Source: Candidatus Micrarchaeia archaeon (GTDB taxonomy: Archaea > Micrarchaeota > Micrarchaeia > Burarchaeales > JACRGF01). From it: 64,000 bases of DNA. Under the pieces are notes generated by a model. It saw only the letters and a list, made by a program, of their open reading frames with translations, was not told where the DNA came from and did no database searches. Made by a program: the position numbers and the translations under genes. This document shows positions 44,271 through 54,171 of the stretch, piece after piece (the first letter of the stretch is position 1; each line of letters starts with the position of its first letter). The stretch lies in assembly GCA_038890815.1 (NCBI GenBank), contig JAWAFC010000003.1, positions 575-64,574 of the forward strand, read 5' to 3'.

Positions 44271-45602
44271 ATGGATTTGGGGGCAGGGCTCAGGAAAGCG
44301 CTGGCAAAGCTGACAGGCGCGGCCATCGTGGATGAGAAGGCGATCAGAGAACTCGTCAGGGAAATGCAGAGGGTGTTGATAACGGCGGATGTCAATGTCA
44401 AGCTTGTTTTTGAGCTCACAAAGAGGATTGAGGAGAGAGCGCTCAAAGAAAAGCCGCCTGCCGGAATGAGCACGAAGGAATGGGTAGTGAAGGTGGTGTA
44501 TGATGAGCTGGTTAAGCTTGTTGGCGAAAAGCATGAGCCAAAACTCAGAAAACAGAAAATCCTGCTGCTTGGCCTGTTTGGCAGCGGGAAAACCACGACT
44601 GCAGCCAAAATAGCGCACTTTTTCAAAACGCGCGGACTCAGCGTTGGGGTCATTTGCGCGGATGTGGCGCGGCCGGCCGCATTTGAGCAACTGCAGCAGC
44701 TGGCGCAAAAGATAAAGGTTGATTTCTATGGCGAGAAGGGGGCTGGGGATGCTGCTGGGGTTGTCAGGCGCGGGCTGGAGAGAATGCGAGAGAGGGATGT
44801 CATACTCATTGACTCATCGGGGAGAAGCGCCTTCGATGCCGAGCTGGCAAGGGAGTTGAAGGAGATAAACGCCGTGGCCGCTCCCGAGGAGCGCATCCTC
44901 GTGGTGAGCGCCGATGTGGGCCAGGTCGCTGGCAGGCAGGCGGCCGAGTTCAACAAGGCGGTTGGTGTGACGGGCGTCGTCATCACGAAGATGGATGGGA
45001 GTGGGAAGGGGGGTGGGGCCATCAGCGCGGTGGCGGCCAGTGGAGCGCCGATAACCTTTCTGGGCATAGGCGAGAAGATAGAGGACCTTGAGGTGTTCGA
45101 TGCAAAAAAATTCGTTGGACGTCTGCTCGGCTTTCCAGACCTGGAAGGCTTGCTGGAGCGTGTGAGGAAGGTTGCTGAGGAGGAGGGGCTGCGGGAGGAG
45201 GCATTTGAGGAAAAGCTTACCATAAAAACTTTCTATGAGCAGCTGAAGGCTGCGAGGAAGCTGGGCCCGCTGCAGAGCGTGTTCAGCATGCTGGGCGCGC
45301 CAGATGTGCCGAAGGAGATGTTGCATCAGAGCGAGGCTAAGCTCAAGCGATACGAGGTCATCATCAATTCGATGACGCCTGCTGAGAGAGAGGATGCCAG
45401 CCTGCTGAGGCGTGAGAGAGGCAGGATAGAGAGGGTGGCGAGGGGGGCGGGCGTGAGCGTCGAGGAGGTCAAGGAGCTGCTGAGCCAGTTTGAGCGAGTG
45501 CAGAAGATGATGGATGCCGTGAGGCGGAACAGAGGGCTGCGCAGGAGAATTGAGGGGCTGCTGAAGGGAGGGAAGCTGCCCGGCCTCGGTTTTGGGATTT
45601 AA
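44271..45602 (+). CDS. srp54: Signal recognition particle protein SRP54 (archaeal type)
   Basis: The N-domain opens MDLGAGLRKALAKLTGAAIVDEK...ADVNVKLV and the G-domain carries LLGLFGSGKTTTAAK. The C-terminal M-domain follows. TATATTATT lies ~24 nt upstream of the ATG. Confidence 0.9.
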   Translation: MDLGAGLRKALAKLTGAAIVDEKAIRELVREMQRVLITADVNVKLVFELTKRIEERALKEKPPAGMSTKEWVVKVVYDELVKLVGEKHEPKLRKQKILLLGLFGSGKTTTAAKIAHFFKTRGLSVGVICADVARPAAFEQLQQLAQKIKVDFYGEKGAGDAAGVVRRGLERMRERDVILIDSSGRSAFDAELARELKEINAVAAPEERILVVSADVGQVAGRQAAEFNKAVGVTGVVITKMDGSGKGGGAISAVAASGAPITFLGIGEKIEDLEVFDAKKFVGRLLGFPDLEGLLERVRKVAEEEGLREEAFEEKLTIKTFYEQLKAARKLGPLQSVFSMLGAPDVPKEMLHQSEAKLKRYEVIINSMTPAEREDASLLRRERGRIERVARGAGVSVEEVKELLSQFERVQKMMDAVRRNRGLRRRIEGLLKGGKLPGLGFGI

Positions 45603-47333
45603 CTATTTCCTGTGCACATTGTTGCCGATGAGCGCTTTGGCCTTGAGGCTTGCGCTCCAGATGTAGAGCAGCGCGACGAGAAGGAGCAGGACGGCCAGGC
45701 CTGTGACAAGAAGTGGGGGAATCAGGGAGGTGGCGAGTGGCGACAGGAAGGCGATGGCTATGAGTGTGAAGGCGACGGCGAGATCGCGCATGAAAAGTGC
45801 GCCAGCCCGTCCCTCCTCCCTGAGCACTGTGGCCAGCGCCAGATCGATGACCCTCTTTATGCGCAGCGCGGCGAGGATGACTGATAGGAAGGCTGCCAGC
45901 ATGAGCACAGATATGGCCGCCAGCGCGAGCGTGCTGGCATCGGGCGCGAGCAACACCGCAAGCACGAGCGATGTCATGGCTGCGAAAAGGAAACCGACTG
46001 CCTGCAACGAGACTGGTAGGAGCTCGTCATAAACGCGCAATGGCGCCATGCCGGGAAGGCGGCGGGGTGCGAGCAGGGCCCCCCTCACCTCTCGCAGCCC
46101 TGCTGCCGTACGCCTCCCCATCCATAGGAGCTCGCCCGGCAACAACCGCACGGCCAAGGCATAAATCTCGTTCTCCCTGGTTATGAGCAGCGAGGTGGCC
46201 AGCATGCTGATGAATATCACCACGCTGGCTATGCTGAGCACATCGATGTCGATTATGGCCAGCGCCGCGCCCTCCCTCGCCACGAGCAGCGACACCTCGC
46301 TGAGCGTGAGCATGGCCACGCCGATAAAAGAGGCCGAGCGCCCGCGGAAGCCCGTGAAGTAGGCGCTGATGCTGGCGCCCGTGAATTTGCCAAAGATGGC
46401 TATGGCCGTGAAGGCGAGCGCGAGCGGCAGGTTTTGGATGAGCGCGCTGAGATCGACCAGCATGCCTATGGAGAAGAAAAACAGGGCTGAGAATAGCACA
46501 GCGAAGTGGCGTAGGCCCTCCCATATCTGCTTTGCCTCGGGAAGGCCGGCGAGCACGCTTCCGGCGAGAAAGGCACCTATGCTGGGCGATAGGCCAAGTG
46601 CCTCGCTGGCCCAAGCCATGCCGAGCGTTACTGCCAGTGCGGTGAGCAGCAGAGCCTCCTCGCTGTAGGCGACCGCGCGCACAAAGCGCTTGAGAAAGCC
46701 CGCGAGGATCACATAGGTAAAGGCGAATGCTGCGACAGTTTTTGCCAACGCGAGCGGCAGTGCCAGCGCTGCCGAGGGCTCGCGCGCCAGGCCGGTGAGG
46801 AAGGCGAGGCTGAAAACGGCAAAGACATCCTCGAGGATGAGCATGGCAACTATGAGTGGCACTTCGGCGCGCTCGATGAGGGCTCTCTCGCGCAGTATCC
46901 TGACAACGAGTGGGGTGGAGGACATGCTGAGTATGACGCCGATGAAAAGGCTGGCATGAACGCCGAAGCCAAAGGCGGCCGAGGCCGTGTAGCCAAGCAG
47001 GAAGACGAAGCCAAGTTTTATGAATGCGGCCAGCATTGCGCCCCAGCCAAGACGCTGAAGCCTGCCAAGGCTGAATTCCAAGCCTATCTCAAACAGCACA
47101 AGGATGGCCCCGATGGAGGCGAGGAAGTCGACAGTGCTCGTCTCGCTGAGGGTCAGCTGGCGGAGGTCGAAGGCATCGATGCGAATGCCCGCGAGCGGGG
47201 AGTGCGGGCCTAGCAGCATGCCGGCAAGAAGCACGCCGAGCACGAATGGAAGACGCAAACGGTTGAAAAGGAGCGTGATGGCTATGATGGCGAGCAGCAC
47301 TGTGCTCAGCGACAGAACGGAGAAGGACGCCAC
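45603..47333 (-). CDS. Monovalent cation:proton antiporter (CPA superfamily, Kef/NhaP-like)
   Basis: A 576-aa ORF with 12-13 TM helices and sodium/hydrogen exchanger-like N-terminal helices. Confidence 0.6.
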   Translation of the reverse strand: MASFSVLSLSTVLLAIIAITLLFNRLRLPFVLGVLLAGMLLGPHSPLAGIRIDAFDLRQLTLSETSTVDFLASIGAILVLFEIGLEFSLGRLQRLGWGAMLAAFIKLGFVFLLGYTASAAFGFGVHASLFIGVILSMSSTPLVVRILRERALIERAEVPLIVAMLILEDVFAVFSLAFLTGLAREPSAALALPLALAKTVAAFAFTYVILAGFLKRFVRAVAYSEEALLLTALAVTLGMAWASEALGLSPSIGAFLAGSVLAGLPEAKQIWEGLRHFAVLFSALFFFSIGMLVDLSALIQNLPLALAFTAIAIFGKFTGASISAYFTGFRGRSASFIGVAMLTLSEVSLLVAREGAALAIIDIDVLSIASVVIFISMLATSLLITRENEIYALAVRLLPGELLWMGRRTAAGLREVRGALLAPRRLPGMAPLRVYDELLPVSLQAVGFLFAAMTSLVLAVLLAPDASTLALAAISVLMLAAFLSVILAALRIKRVIDLALATVLREEGRAGALFMRDLAVAFTLIAIAFLSPLATSLIPPLLVTGLAVLLLLVALLYIWSASLKAKALIGNNVHRK

Positions 47334-47360
47334 ATTTAGATGATGACCTTAATAATTAAA

Positions 47361-47630
47361 TTAGTCGCCGTGGTTATTCCACAGCGCGCGCTTCTGCTGC
47401 AACAGCTCCTTGGCCACAGCGAGCAGCTGGGTCGAAAGGCGCAGCGCCTCGTCCGGCGAGAGCTTTATGGCCTGCGAGGCCGTGCTGTTCTGAAGGCGAA
47501 GTGTGATGGTGCCATCGCGGGGGAAGCCATTGCTCAGTTGTGGCGGCTCGCTCTCTATGCGCAGCACATTGCGGTGAGGCTCGCCCTTCTCGTCCCTCCA
47601 CCAGTGGATGAGCTCGTCCTCGACAACCAT
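47361..47630 (-). CDS. Small hypothetical protein upstream of the antiporter
   Basis: An 89-aa ORF. A TATA plus the conserved GGAGTTCCGGTGAA element lie ~30-70 nt upstream on the same strand. Confidence 0.3.
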   Translation of the reverse strand: MVVEDELIHWWRDEKGEPHRNVLRIESEPPQLSNGFPRDGTITLRLQNSTASQAIKLSPDEALRLSTQLLAVAKELLQQKRALWNNHGD

Positions 47631-47738
47631 ACTGTCGCCTCGCTGAGATTTCTGAGAGGGGATTTAAAAATGGTCTGGGGGTGGAGTTCCGGTGAAAGCG
47701 AGTCGTTTGTTTTTAAAGTTGAGCAGCAAATTCCCTTC

Positions 47739-48683
47739 ATGGTGCTGGTCGATGTGCTCGTGTTGCTCGTGGCGCTCGCCGTGCTGGAAAGAGCGAGCTC
47801 GAAAGTGATTGACAGCGCTGTGAAGCTGGCGCAGTTTTTCGGGGTGGCGGAGGCTGCGATAGGGTTTGTGCTCGTGTCGGTCTCGACGAGCCTGCCCGAG
47901 CTGGCCGTGTCGGTCATCGCCTCGAGCGCAAGGGAAGGCTCGATTGTTGCCGGAAACGTTTTCGGAAGCAACATCGCGGACTCCATGCTCATACTCGGCA
48001 TAATCGCGAGCTTCTATGTCATCCGCGTGGCGAGGCCGGATGTGAAAGAAATAGCGCTCGTGCTGCTCGCCACCTCGCTCATCACGAGCGGAATGATATA
48101 CACGACCGGGCTGGGAAGGCTCGAGGGCGCGCTGCTCATCCTGGCGTTCGTGGTGTACGTGTTTTACCTCACGCGCAAGCGCGTTTCGGTCTCCGGGCCG
48201 GACACGATAACAAAGGAGGTCGCGCTGAGAGCCTTCGCCTGGTTCTGCGCGGGCATCGTGCTGGTGCTGGTGAGCGCGCACTTTGTCGTTGAGAGCGCAG
48301 TGGCCATCGCCAACAAGCTGGAGCTCGCCAAGAGCTTTGTGGGCGCGACCATCGTGGCGGTGGGCACGAGCCTGCCCGAGCTGGCCATTGACATACAGGC
48401 GGTGAGAAAGAAGAGGTACGGGCTGGCGCTCGGCGATGCGATTGGCAGCATGATGGCTAACCTGACGCTCGTGTTGGGCCTCGCAGCCTTCATGAACCCC
48501 ATCATGCTTAACATGGTAGTGTTCCTGCCCATCATGCTGTTCGCAGTGGCAGCCAACACCATCCTGTTTTATTTCATGAGCACACAGAACAGGCTTGCAC
48601 GCAGGGAAGGTCTTGTCATGCTCGCCTTCTATGCACTCTACCTGTTCGTGATATTCAACGTTCAGATGATGGCCAGGGCATAG
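47739..48683 (+). CDS. Ca2+/Na+ antiporter (CaCA / YrbG family)
   Basis: Two alpha-repeat motifs, GTSLPELAVSVIA and GTSLPELAIDIQA, with GNVFGSNIAD. TTTTTAAAG lies ~22 nt upstream of the ATG at 47739. The track ORF from 47340 is an N-terminal over-extension. Confidence 0.7.
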   Translation: MVLVDVLVLLVALAVLERASSKVIDSAVKLAQFFGVAEAAIGFVLVSVSTSLPELAVSVIASSAREGSIVAGNVFGSNIADSMLILGIIASFYVIRVARPDVKEIALVLLATSLITSGMIYTTGLGRLEGALLILAFVVYVFYLTRKRVSVSGPDTITKEVALRAFAWFCAGIVLVLVSAHFVVESAVAIANKLELAKSFVGATIVAVGTSLPELAIDIQAVRKKRYGLALGDAIGSMMANLTLVLGLAAFMNPIMLNMVVFLPIMLFAVAANTILFYFMSTQNRLARREGLVMLAFYALYLFVIFNVQMMARA

Positions 48684-49502
48684 CTATGCCACTATCTCCC
48701 CCGGGCCGGGCCACCGCGAGACGACACGGCGGGCTGGGTTGAGCGGGCCATGGTAAAGGCGCTGGCCGAAGGGGCAAAGGCGGTAGAGCGGGCAACGGCC
48801 GCAGTTCGGCTTTCTGGCAGTGCACAGCGTGCGACCATGCTCGATCAGGTTTATGTGAAAAGAGAATTTCTTTGAGTCGGGCACAGCGCGCTCAAGCTGC
48901 TCTTGCACCCTGATGCGGTCGAAATGTTGAGGCACGAGCGCGAGCCTCTTGGCAACTCTGAAGATGTGGGTGTCGACGGGGAAAGCTGGCTTGCCGAATG
49001 CGAAGTTGAGCACGACAGCCGCGCTCTTCGGGCCAACGCCCTTTATGGAGGTGAGGAAAGCGCGCGCGCTGGCAAGAGGCCATCTGGCGAGGAAGGCGAG
49101 CGAGAGCCTTCCCCTCCTCCGCATTATCTCGGCCAGCGCGCCCTTGATGCGCGCTGCCTTGATGCGGGCCAGACCACTCGGCCTGATGGCCGCTGCGATG
49201 GATTGGGTGGGCGCGCTGGCAAGCGCGCGCCAGGTGGGAAAGCGCTGCCTCAGAGCCGCAAAGGCGCGCTCGGCATTGGCATCAGAGGTGTTCTGGCTCA
49301 GGATGGCGCGCACGAGGGAGGACAGGGGTTCGGCACGCGGGCGGCGCCGAACGCCATAAACGCGCTCGAGCGTCGAGATGATGCGGAGGAGTCTGCCTGC
49401 GGCCACAAGGCTTTCGGCGCAGGCTATTTTAAAAAGGTGCGCAAATACTGTGTGGTGATGGCGTGCCAGTCGTGAAGATCTATTCCACCCCAACCTGCCC
49501 AT
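48684..49502 (-). CDS. nth: Endonuclease III / HhH-GPD DNA glycosylase with a 4Fe-4S cluster loop
   Basis: It has HhH GVGPKSAAVVL, the catalytic-region VDTHIFRV and the cluster CTARKPNCGRCPLYRLC. Confidence 0.75.
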   Translation of the reverse strand: MGRLGWNRSSRLARHHHTVFAHLFKIACAESLVAAGRLLRIISTLERVYGVRRRPRAEPLSSLVRAILSQNTSDANAERAFAALRQRFPTWRALASAPTQSIAAAIRPSGLARIKAARIKGALAEIMRRRGRLSLAFLARWPLASARAFLTSIKGVGPKSAAVVLNFAFGKPAFPVDTHIFRVAKRLALVPQHFDRIRVQEQLERAVPDSKKFSFHINLIEHGRTLCTARKPNCGRCPLYRLCPFGQRLYHGPLNPARRVVSRWPGPGEIVA

Positions 49503-49699
49503 ACTGCGCCATGGCGAAGAGGTTTTTCGAGGAGAACGGGGTGAGATACATCGATGTGGATGTATCGCGCGACGAGGCTGCAGCGCGCGAGATGATAGCC
49601 AAGAGCGGGCAGATGGGCGTGCCGGTCATTGAGATAGATGGCCAGATAATCATCGGATTTGATGTGCCGGCCATACGCAGGGCGCTCGGGCTCGGATGA
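49463..49699 (+). CDS. Glutaredoxin-like protein
   Basis: A 78-aa ORF with YSTPTCPYCAMAKRFF (CPYC) and GVPVIEIDGQ. Confidence 0.75.
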   Translation: MPVVKIYSTPTCPYCAMAKRFFEENGVRYIDVDVSRDEAAAREMIAKSGQMGVPVIEIDGQIIIGFDVPAIRRALGLG

Positions 49700-49732
49700 G
49701 CGGCCAAGCTAAGTGCTTTGTGCAGCGACAAG

Positions 49733-52090
49733 TTACAGCTTTATCTGAGAAGGGGGAGGGGTCTGCACGGGCGTGGGTGGCGCAGGCGGAGCCGCGAAGC
49801 CGGCCTCGGCGCGCAGCGCGGCCTGCTCTCTCAAAAACTCCTCTATGAGCTGTTTGTACATTTTGTCCCACACGGGCTCGAGCTCGGCATAGTCGATCTC
49901 GCCGTTGGCCTTCTCCATGTCCTTGAGCAGTTTGTTGGCATGGGAGGAGCACTTCAGCACAAAATCCATCTCCATGAATGCCTTGTTGCCGGTCTCGCGC
50001 GCCGTGGCCACAATCTGTGAGTACATCTTGCCCTTAAAGAAGGCCTGTAGTATGAACTGGCGTGGATCGATGCCAACCTCAGCAGCACGGCGCTCGAGCG
50101 CCGGAGGAATGAAGACCAGCTCAAGCCTTTTGGCCAGGTCGGCCACGCTCACGCCGCTGAGGTCCCAGGCGTGCGCTTCTGGGTTTCTGAGGAAAAGACA
50201 GGCCACGCGCGAGCTCTTGATGTCCTGGCCTCTTTCAAAACGAAATACCTCGGTAAATTCCTTGTGCTGGGGATCCGACTCGAAAGATGCCCCGAGCACG
50301 CGGAAGATGCGGCCCTTTCTGCCGAAACGAATTTTCTTGAGGAAGGAATAACGGTCGGTCGCGAACATGGCCGCACCGGGCACGCCGAAAACGAGCTCAA
50401 GGCGCGAGCGGATGTCCTCGAGTGACTGGGCATGGAGGTTGTATAGGCAGAAAACACCGGGTTGGGTGTTCAACAGGTTGATGATGCCCTGTATGGCAAG
50501 GCGGGAGCGCACCTCATTGATGATGAGCGCGGCATCACCCATGCGCAGACTCGCGCCAGCCATGGTGACGAGGGATAGCTCGCTGCCGCGCTCCTCCTCC
50601 TCTTTCTCGCTGGCCATCACCCTCATTGTGCCGATGTGGAAACCGCGCTTGCGGTAGGCGATGGTGGGAATCTCCTCTATGTCCTGGATGGGCAGGATGC
50701 GGCGGCGCGTGCCGATGGCTAACATCTTGGCGGCCGTGAAGGCCGTCTTGCCCACTCCCTTGAGGCCCAGCACGGCCTCGCTGCAGCCCAGCGATACCAT
50801 GACATCGTCATAGCCTGCCGCAAAAGCGGACATGCTGTAGTTGGCCAGGTATTGGGCATAGGTGAATGGCGTTTCCTTTGTCATGCGCAGTGCGGCCTGC
50901 CTTTCGCCAAACGTGGCTGGCGGGCCCTGCAGGTGCACGCGCATATTCAGACGGGGCAGGAAGACATCGACGATGGGGTTATTGCGGTCAAACTTGCGGC
51001 CTTTGGCCTGAGCCATGATGTTGCGTATCATGTAGTCCATGAGATCGCGGGAATACCGCCACAGCGTATGGCACAGCCCGAACTTGGCATGCTCTATGTA
51101 CATCGGTGTGTTCTCGCTGTCTATGTAGATGTCGGTGATGTTGGCGCGGTCGAGCGCCATGTTCTCGATGGGCGCGCCCAGCCCAACGACCCATGCGACC
51201 GCCTCGCGCGCCATGGCGAGCGATTGCTCTGGTGTGATGGGAATTTTCTTCAGCGCGCACTGATTGAGGAAATACTGGCGAAACTCGTGCAGTTTTGTAT
51301 CGTACATGGCTGTGTAATCAACGGCCTCCTCGATGGTCTTTGTGCCCAGATTTGCCGCGATGGTGTCGCGTAGCATCTTTTTGAGCTCCTCTGGCAGATT
51401 TTCAAGTATGGGGTTCTCCTGGACATACAGGTTGGCCTCGCTCTTCTCCAACTCGTATATCCTGACTTTGATGCCATAGTCCAGCTCGTAGCTTGCCTCT
51501 GGATCGGCGATTGGTTTGGCATCGGGAGGGATTTCGAGTGCCAGCATGTTCACGAAAGCTGCCTTCTTGAGCCCTATGAGCGAGACAAAAGCCTCGCGCA
51601 TGTCGCCCTTCTCCTTGACCAGCGCATACATGCGCGTGCGCTGCAGCCTCTGCAGAATGCCGGCGAGCGTGTTCTTGAATCGCTTGTAGCCATCCATGAA
51701 AACCGCGCGTGTGGGCAGTGGCTCTGACCACTCCTGTATGGCCTGCGCGGCGAGCAGTGGGTTCTGGAACAGTGCCTCGTAAATCTTCTGCAAGGCCTTC
51801 TTCCTCAGCGGGTAGGCATCGTCCTGCGGATGGCCGAAGGTTTCGGGATTTACCATGAGCGATTCCACATCGCGCGCCAAATCGATGTACTCCAGGATGA
51901 GCGCGGTCTTTTCCTCGTCCAGCCTGAAGACCAACTCCTCCTCGTACCGCGCGGTTTTGATGTTTTTTGTCTCGGCACGGATTGAAAGCTCCTTAAAGTG
52001 TGAGTTCACGCACTCGGGCGAGCAGAATTCGATGTAATCGGCCGCGCAGTCCATGACCGCCACGCGCCCCTCAATGCGCATGAGGCACAT
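49733..52090 (-). CDS. T2SSE / VirB11 / FlaI-family secretion ATPase, atypically long (785 aa) with a ~250-aa C-terminal extension
   Basis: An N-domain TDIYIDSENTPMYIEHAKFG...RLNMRVHLQGPPATFG, Walker A GLKGVGKT and Walker B / Asp-box region AALIINEVRS. This gene is not adjacent to any pilin- or archaellin-like gene. Confidence 0.5.
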   Translation of the reverse strand: MCLMRIEGRVAVMDCAADYIEFCSPECVNSHFKELSIRAETKNIKTARYEEELVFRLDEEKTALILEYIDLARDVESLMVNPETFGHPQDDAYPLRKKALQKIYEALFQNPLLAAQAIQEWSEPLPTRAVFMDGYKRFKNTLAGILQRLQRTRMYALVKEKGDMREAFVSLIGLKKAAFVNMLALEIPPDAKPIADPEASYELDYGIKVRIYELEKSEANLYVQENPILENLPEELKKMLRDTIAANLGTKTIEEAVDYTAMYDTKLHEFRQYFLNQCALKKIPITPEQSLAMAREAVAWVVGLGAPIENMALDRANITDIYIDSENTPMYIEHAKFGLCHTLWRYSRDLMDYMIRNIMAQAKGRKFDRNNPIVDVFLPRLNMRVHLQGPPATFGERQAALRMTKETPFTYAQYLANYSMSAFAAGYDDVMVSLGCSEAVLGLKGVGKTAFTAAKMLAIGTRRRILPIQDIEEIPTIAYRKRGFHIGTMRVMASEKEEEERGSELSLVTMAGASLRMGDAALIINEVRSRLAIQGIINLLNTQPGVFCLYNLHAQSLEDIRSRLELVFGVPGAAMFATDRYSFLKKIRFGRKGRIFRVLGASFESDPQHKEFTEVFRFERGQDIKSSRVACLFLRNPEAHAWDLSGVSVADLAKRLELVFIPPALERRAAEVGIDPRQFILQAFFKGKMYSQIVATARETGNKAFMEMDFVLKCSSHANKLLKDMEKANGEIDYAELEPVWDKMYKQLIEEFLREQAALRAEAGFAAPPAPPTPVQTPPPSQIKL

Positions 52091-52186
52091 GGTAGCTTAG
52101 TCGCTCACGGGATTTTTATAGGTTTAGGGGGTGTGAAAGTTATTTTAAGTTAAGGCACCCAAGCCTTACCACACTGTGGTGAGAGA

Positions 52187-53320
52187 ATGGCCGAGACGAA
52201 AGAGGGGTTTAAGGTAACACTTTCTGCCATAAAGGCTGATGTGGGTGGCTTCACCGGGCATTCGAGCGTGCACCCGGCGCTTATCGAGGAGGCGACCAGG
52301 CACCTTGAGAAAGCGAAGAAGGCAAAGCTACTCATAGACTACCATGTGACCCGCTGTGGTGATGATCTAGAGCTCATCATGACGCACACTAAAGGGGTGG
52401 ATGCAGCACCCGTGCACGAGCTGGCCTGGAACACATTCAAAGCGTGTACTGAAGTTGCCAAGCAGCTAAAGCTTTATGGCGCTGGCCAGGACCTGCTTGT
52501 CGATGCTTTCACAGGCACGGTGAGGGGCATAGGGCCGGGCATAGCAGAGATGGAGTTCACCGAGCGAAAGAGCGAGCCGGTCATCGTGTTCATGATGGAC
52601 AAGACCGAGCCGGGCGCGTTCAACTTGCCCATCTACAGGACTTTTGCCGATCCCTTCAACACCATCGGACTTGTCATCGATCCGGCCATGCAGAGGGGCT
52701 TCAGGTTTGAGGTGTGGGACATCAAAGAGCATAAGAGAATATTTCTGAATATGCCTGACGAGATGTATGATGCGCTTACTTTAGTGGGCGCGCAGTCGAG
52801 ATATGTCATCAAGAGGGTTTATCCGAGGGAAGGGGGGAAGCTTCCGCCAGATGAGCCGGTTGCTGTGGTGAGCACCGAAAAACTCAGTGAGATAGCCGGC
52901 GGGTATGTGGGCAAGGACGATCCGGTGGCGGTGGTGAGGTGCCAGGCCGGCCTGCCAGCCCAGGGGGAAGTGCTCGAGCCCTACGCCTTTCCACACATCG
53001 TGGCGGGCTGGATGAGAGGGAGCCATAATGGTCCGCTGTTGCCGTGCTCAATTGAGAACGCCACGCCCACACGATTCGATGGCCCACCAAGGGTGGTGGC
53101 TCTTGGCTTCCAGCTCAACCACGGCCAGCTTGTGGGGCCATTCGATCTGTTTAAGGATGTCGCATTTGACCTGGCCAGACACCGCGCGCTTGAGATGGCC
53201 GACTATTTGAGGGCGCATGGGCCTTTTGAGCCCCATCGTCTTCCGCTGCCGGAGATGGAGTATACCACACTGCCAAAAGTCATCGCAAAACTCAAAGATA
53301 GGTGGCAGGCGCTGGGCTAG
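52187..53320 (+). CDS. fbp: Bifunctional fructose-1,6-bisphosphate aldolase/phosphatase (archaeal class V FBPase)
   Basis: The sequence FKVTLSAIKADVGGFTGHSSVHPALIEEA matches the hallmark N-terminus of this family. Confidence 0.85.
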   Translation: MAETKEGFKVTLSAIKADVGGFTGHSSVHPALIEEATRHLEKAKKAKLLIDYHVTRCGDDLELIMTHTKGVDAAPVHELAWNTFKACTEVAKQLKLYGAGQDLLVDAFTGTVRGIGPGIAEMEFTERKSEPVIVFMMDKTEPGAFNLPIYRTFADPFNTIGLVIDPAMQRGFRFEVWDIKEHKRIFLNMPDEMYDALTLVGAQSRYVIKRVYPREGGKLPPDEPVAVVSTEKLSEIAGGYVGKDDPVAVVRCQAGLPAQGEVLEPYAFPHIVAGWMRGSHNGPLLPCSIENATPTRFDGPPRVVALGFQLNHGQLVGPFDLFKDVAFDLARHRALEMADYLRAHGPFEPHRLPLPEMEYTTLPKVIAKLKDRWQALG

Positions 53321-54171
53321 TGGCGTAGCCTCTTGAAAACGCTGGGCAAATAATCGAGCAGATCGCTTGCCAAAATAGAGTATCCGAGCTCTGCAAAAGC
53401 AAGATCGCCAGCCGAACCATTGATAAAGGCTGCCAGACAGGCCGCCTCAAAGGGATCGTGGCCCTGGGCCAACAGGGCGCCCAGAACGCCAGCGAGAATG
53501 TCGCCGGTGCCGCCGACAGTCATGGCAGCATTGCCCGTCTTGTTGAATGCGATGCGCTCGCCATCACTCACAACGTCAACGACTCCCTTAAGTAAAATAA
53601 CCATGCCCAGCTCACGCGCGGCCTGGCGGACCTGCCTCGCGCGAGCCTCGAGCCCCCCTTCCGGTGCGCCAAAGCCAAGACGTTTGAACTCGCCCGCATG
53701 GGGTGTCAGCACGCCATTCTCATGCGCGGCAAAGCCGATGACATCGCCATCGATAACACACGGCCCATGCCAGTTGGATAGGATGGCTTTTGCTGTGCTG
53801 AGAGCGCTTTCCTGCTTTGTCAAGCCGTTCCCAATGACAAGGGCATCACATTTATCAGATATCTCCCTGAAAGCTGGGATGCTGCTATCATTGAGCACCT
53901 CGCCCTCAAAATCCCAAATTATCAGGTCGGGTGATAGCGCGGCGAGCGCTCTGGAGATGTAATCCGGCACAAGAAGGTATGCAAGATCGGCACCAGAGCG
54001 CAGCGCGGCCAGACCAACAAGTGCTGGCGCACCAAAATAACGTCTGGCCCCACCAACAACCAAAACTCGTCCGTTTTCGCCTTTATGTGAGTTTTGTTTT
54101 CTTGTTTTCAGAACCTTTCTCGCCCAACTTATAGTGATGGAATTGACCACCAACGCACCCCATACTTCCAA
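53317..54171 (-). CDS. nnrD: ADP-dependent (S)-NAD(P)H-hydrate dehydratase (YjeF C-terminal / Nnr family)
   Basis: It has LVVGGARRYFGAPALVG and the C-terminal GGTGDILAGVLGALLAQG. Confidence 0.75.
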   Translation of the reverse strand: MEVWGALVVNSITISWARKVLKTRKQNSHKGENGRVLVVGGARRYFGAPALVGLAALRSGADLAYLLVPDYISRALAALSPDLIIWDFEGEVLNDSSIPAFREISDKCDALVIGNGLTKQESALSTAKAILSNWHGPCVIDGDVIGFAAHENGVLTPHAGEFKRLGFGAPEGGLEARARQVRQAARELGMVILLKGVVDVVSDGERIAFNKTGNAAMTVGGTGDILAGVLGALLAQGHDPFEAACLAAFINGSAGDLAFAELGYSILASDLLDYLPSVFKRLRH

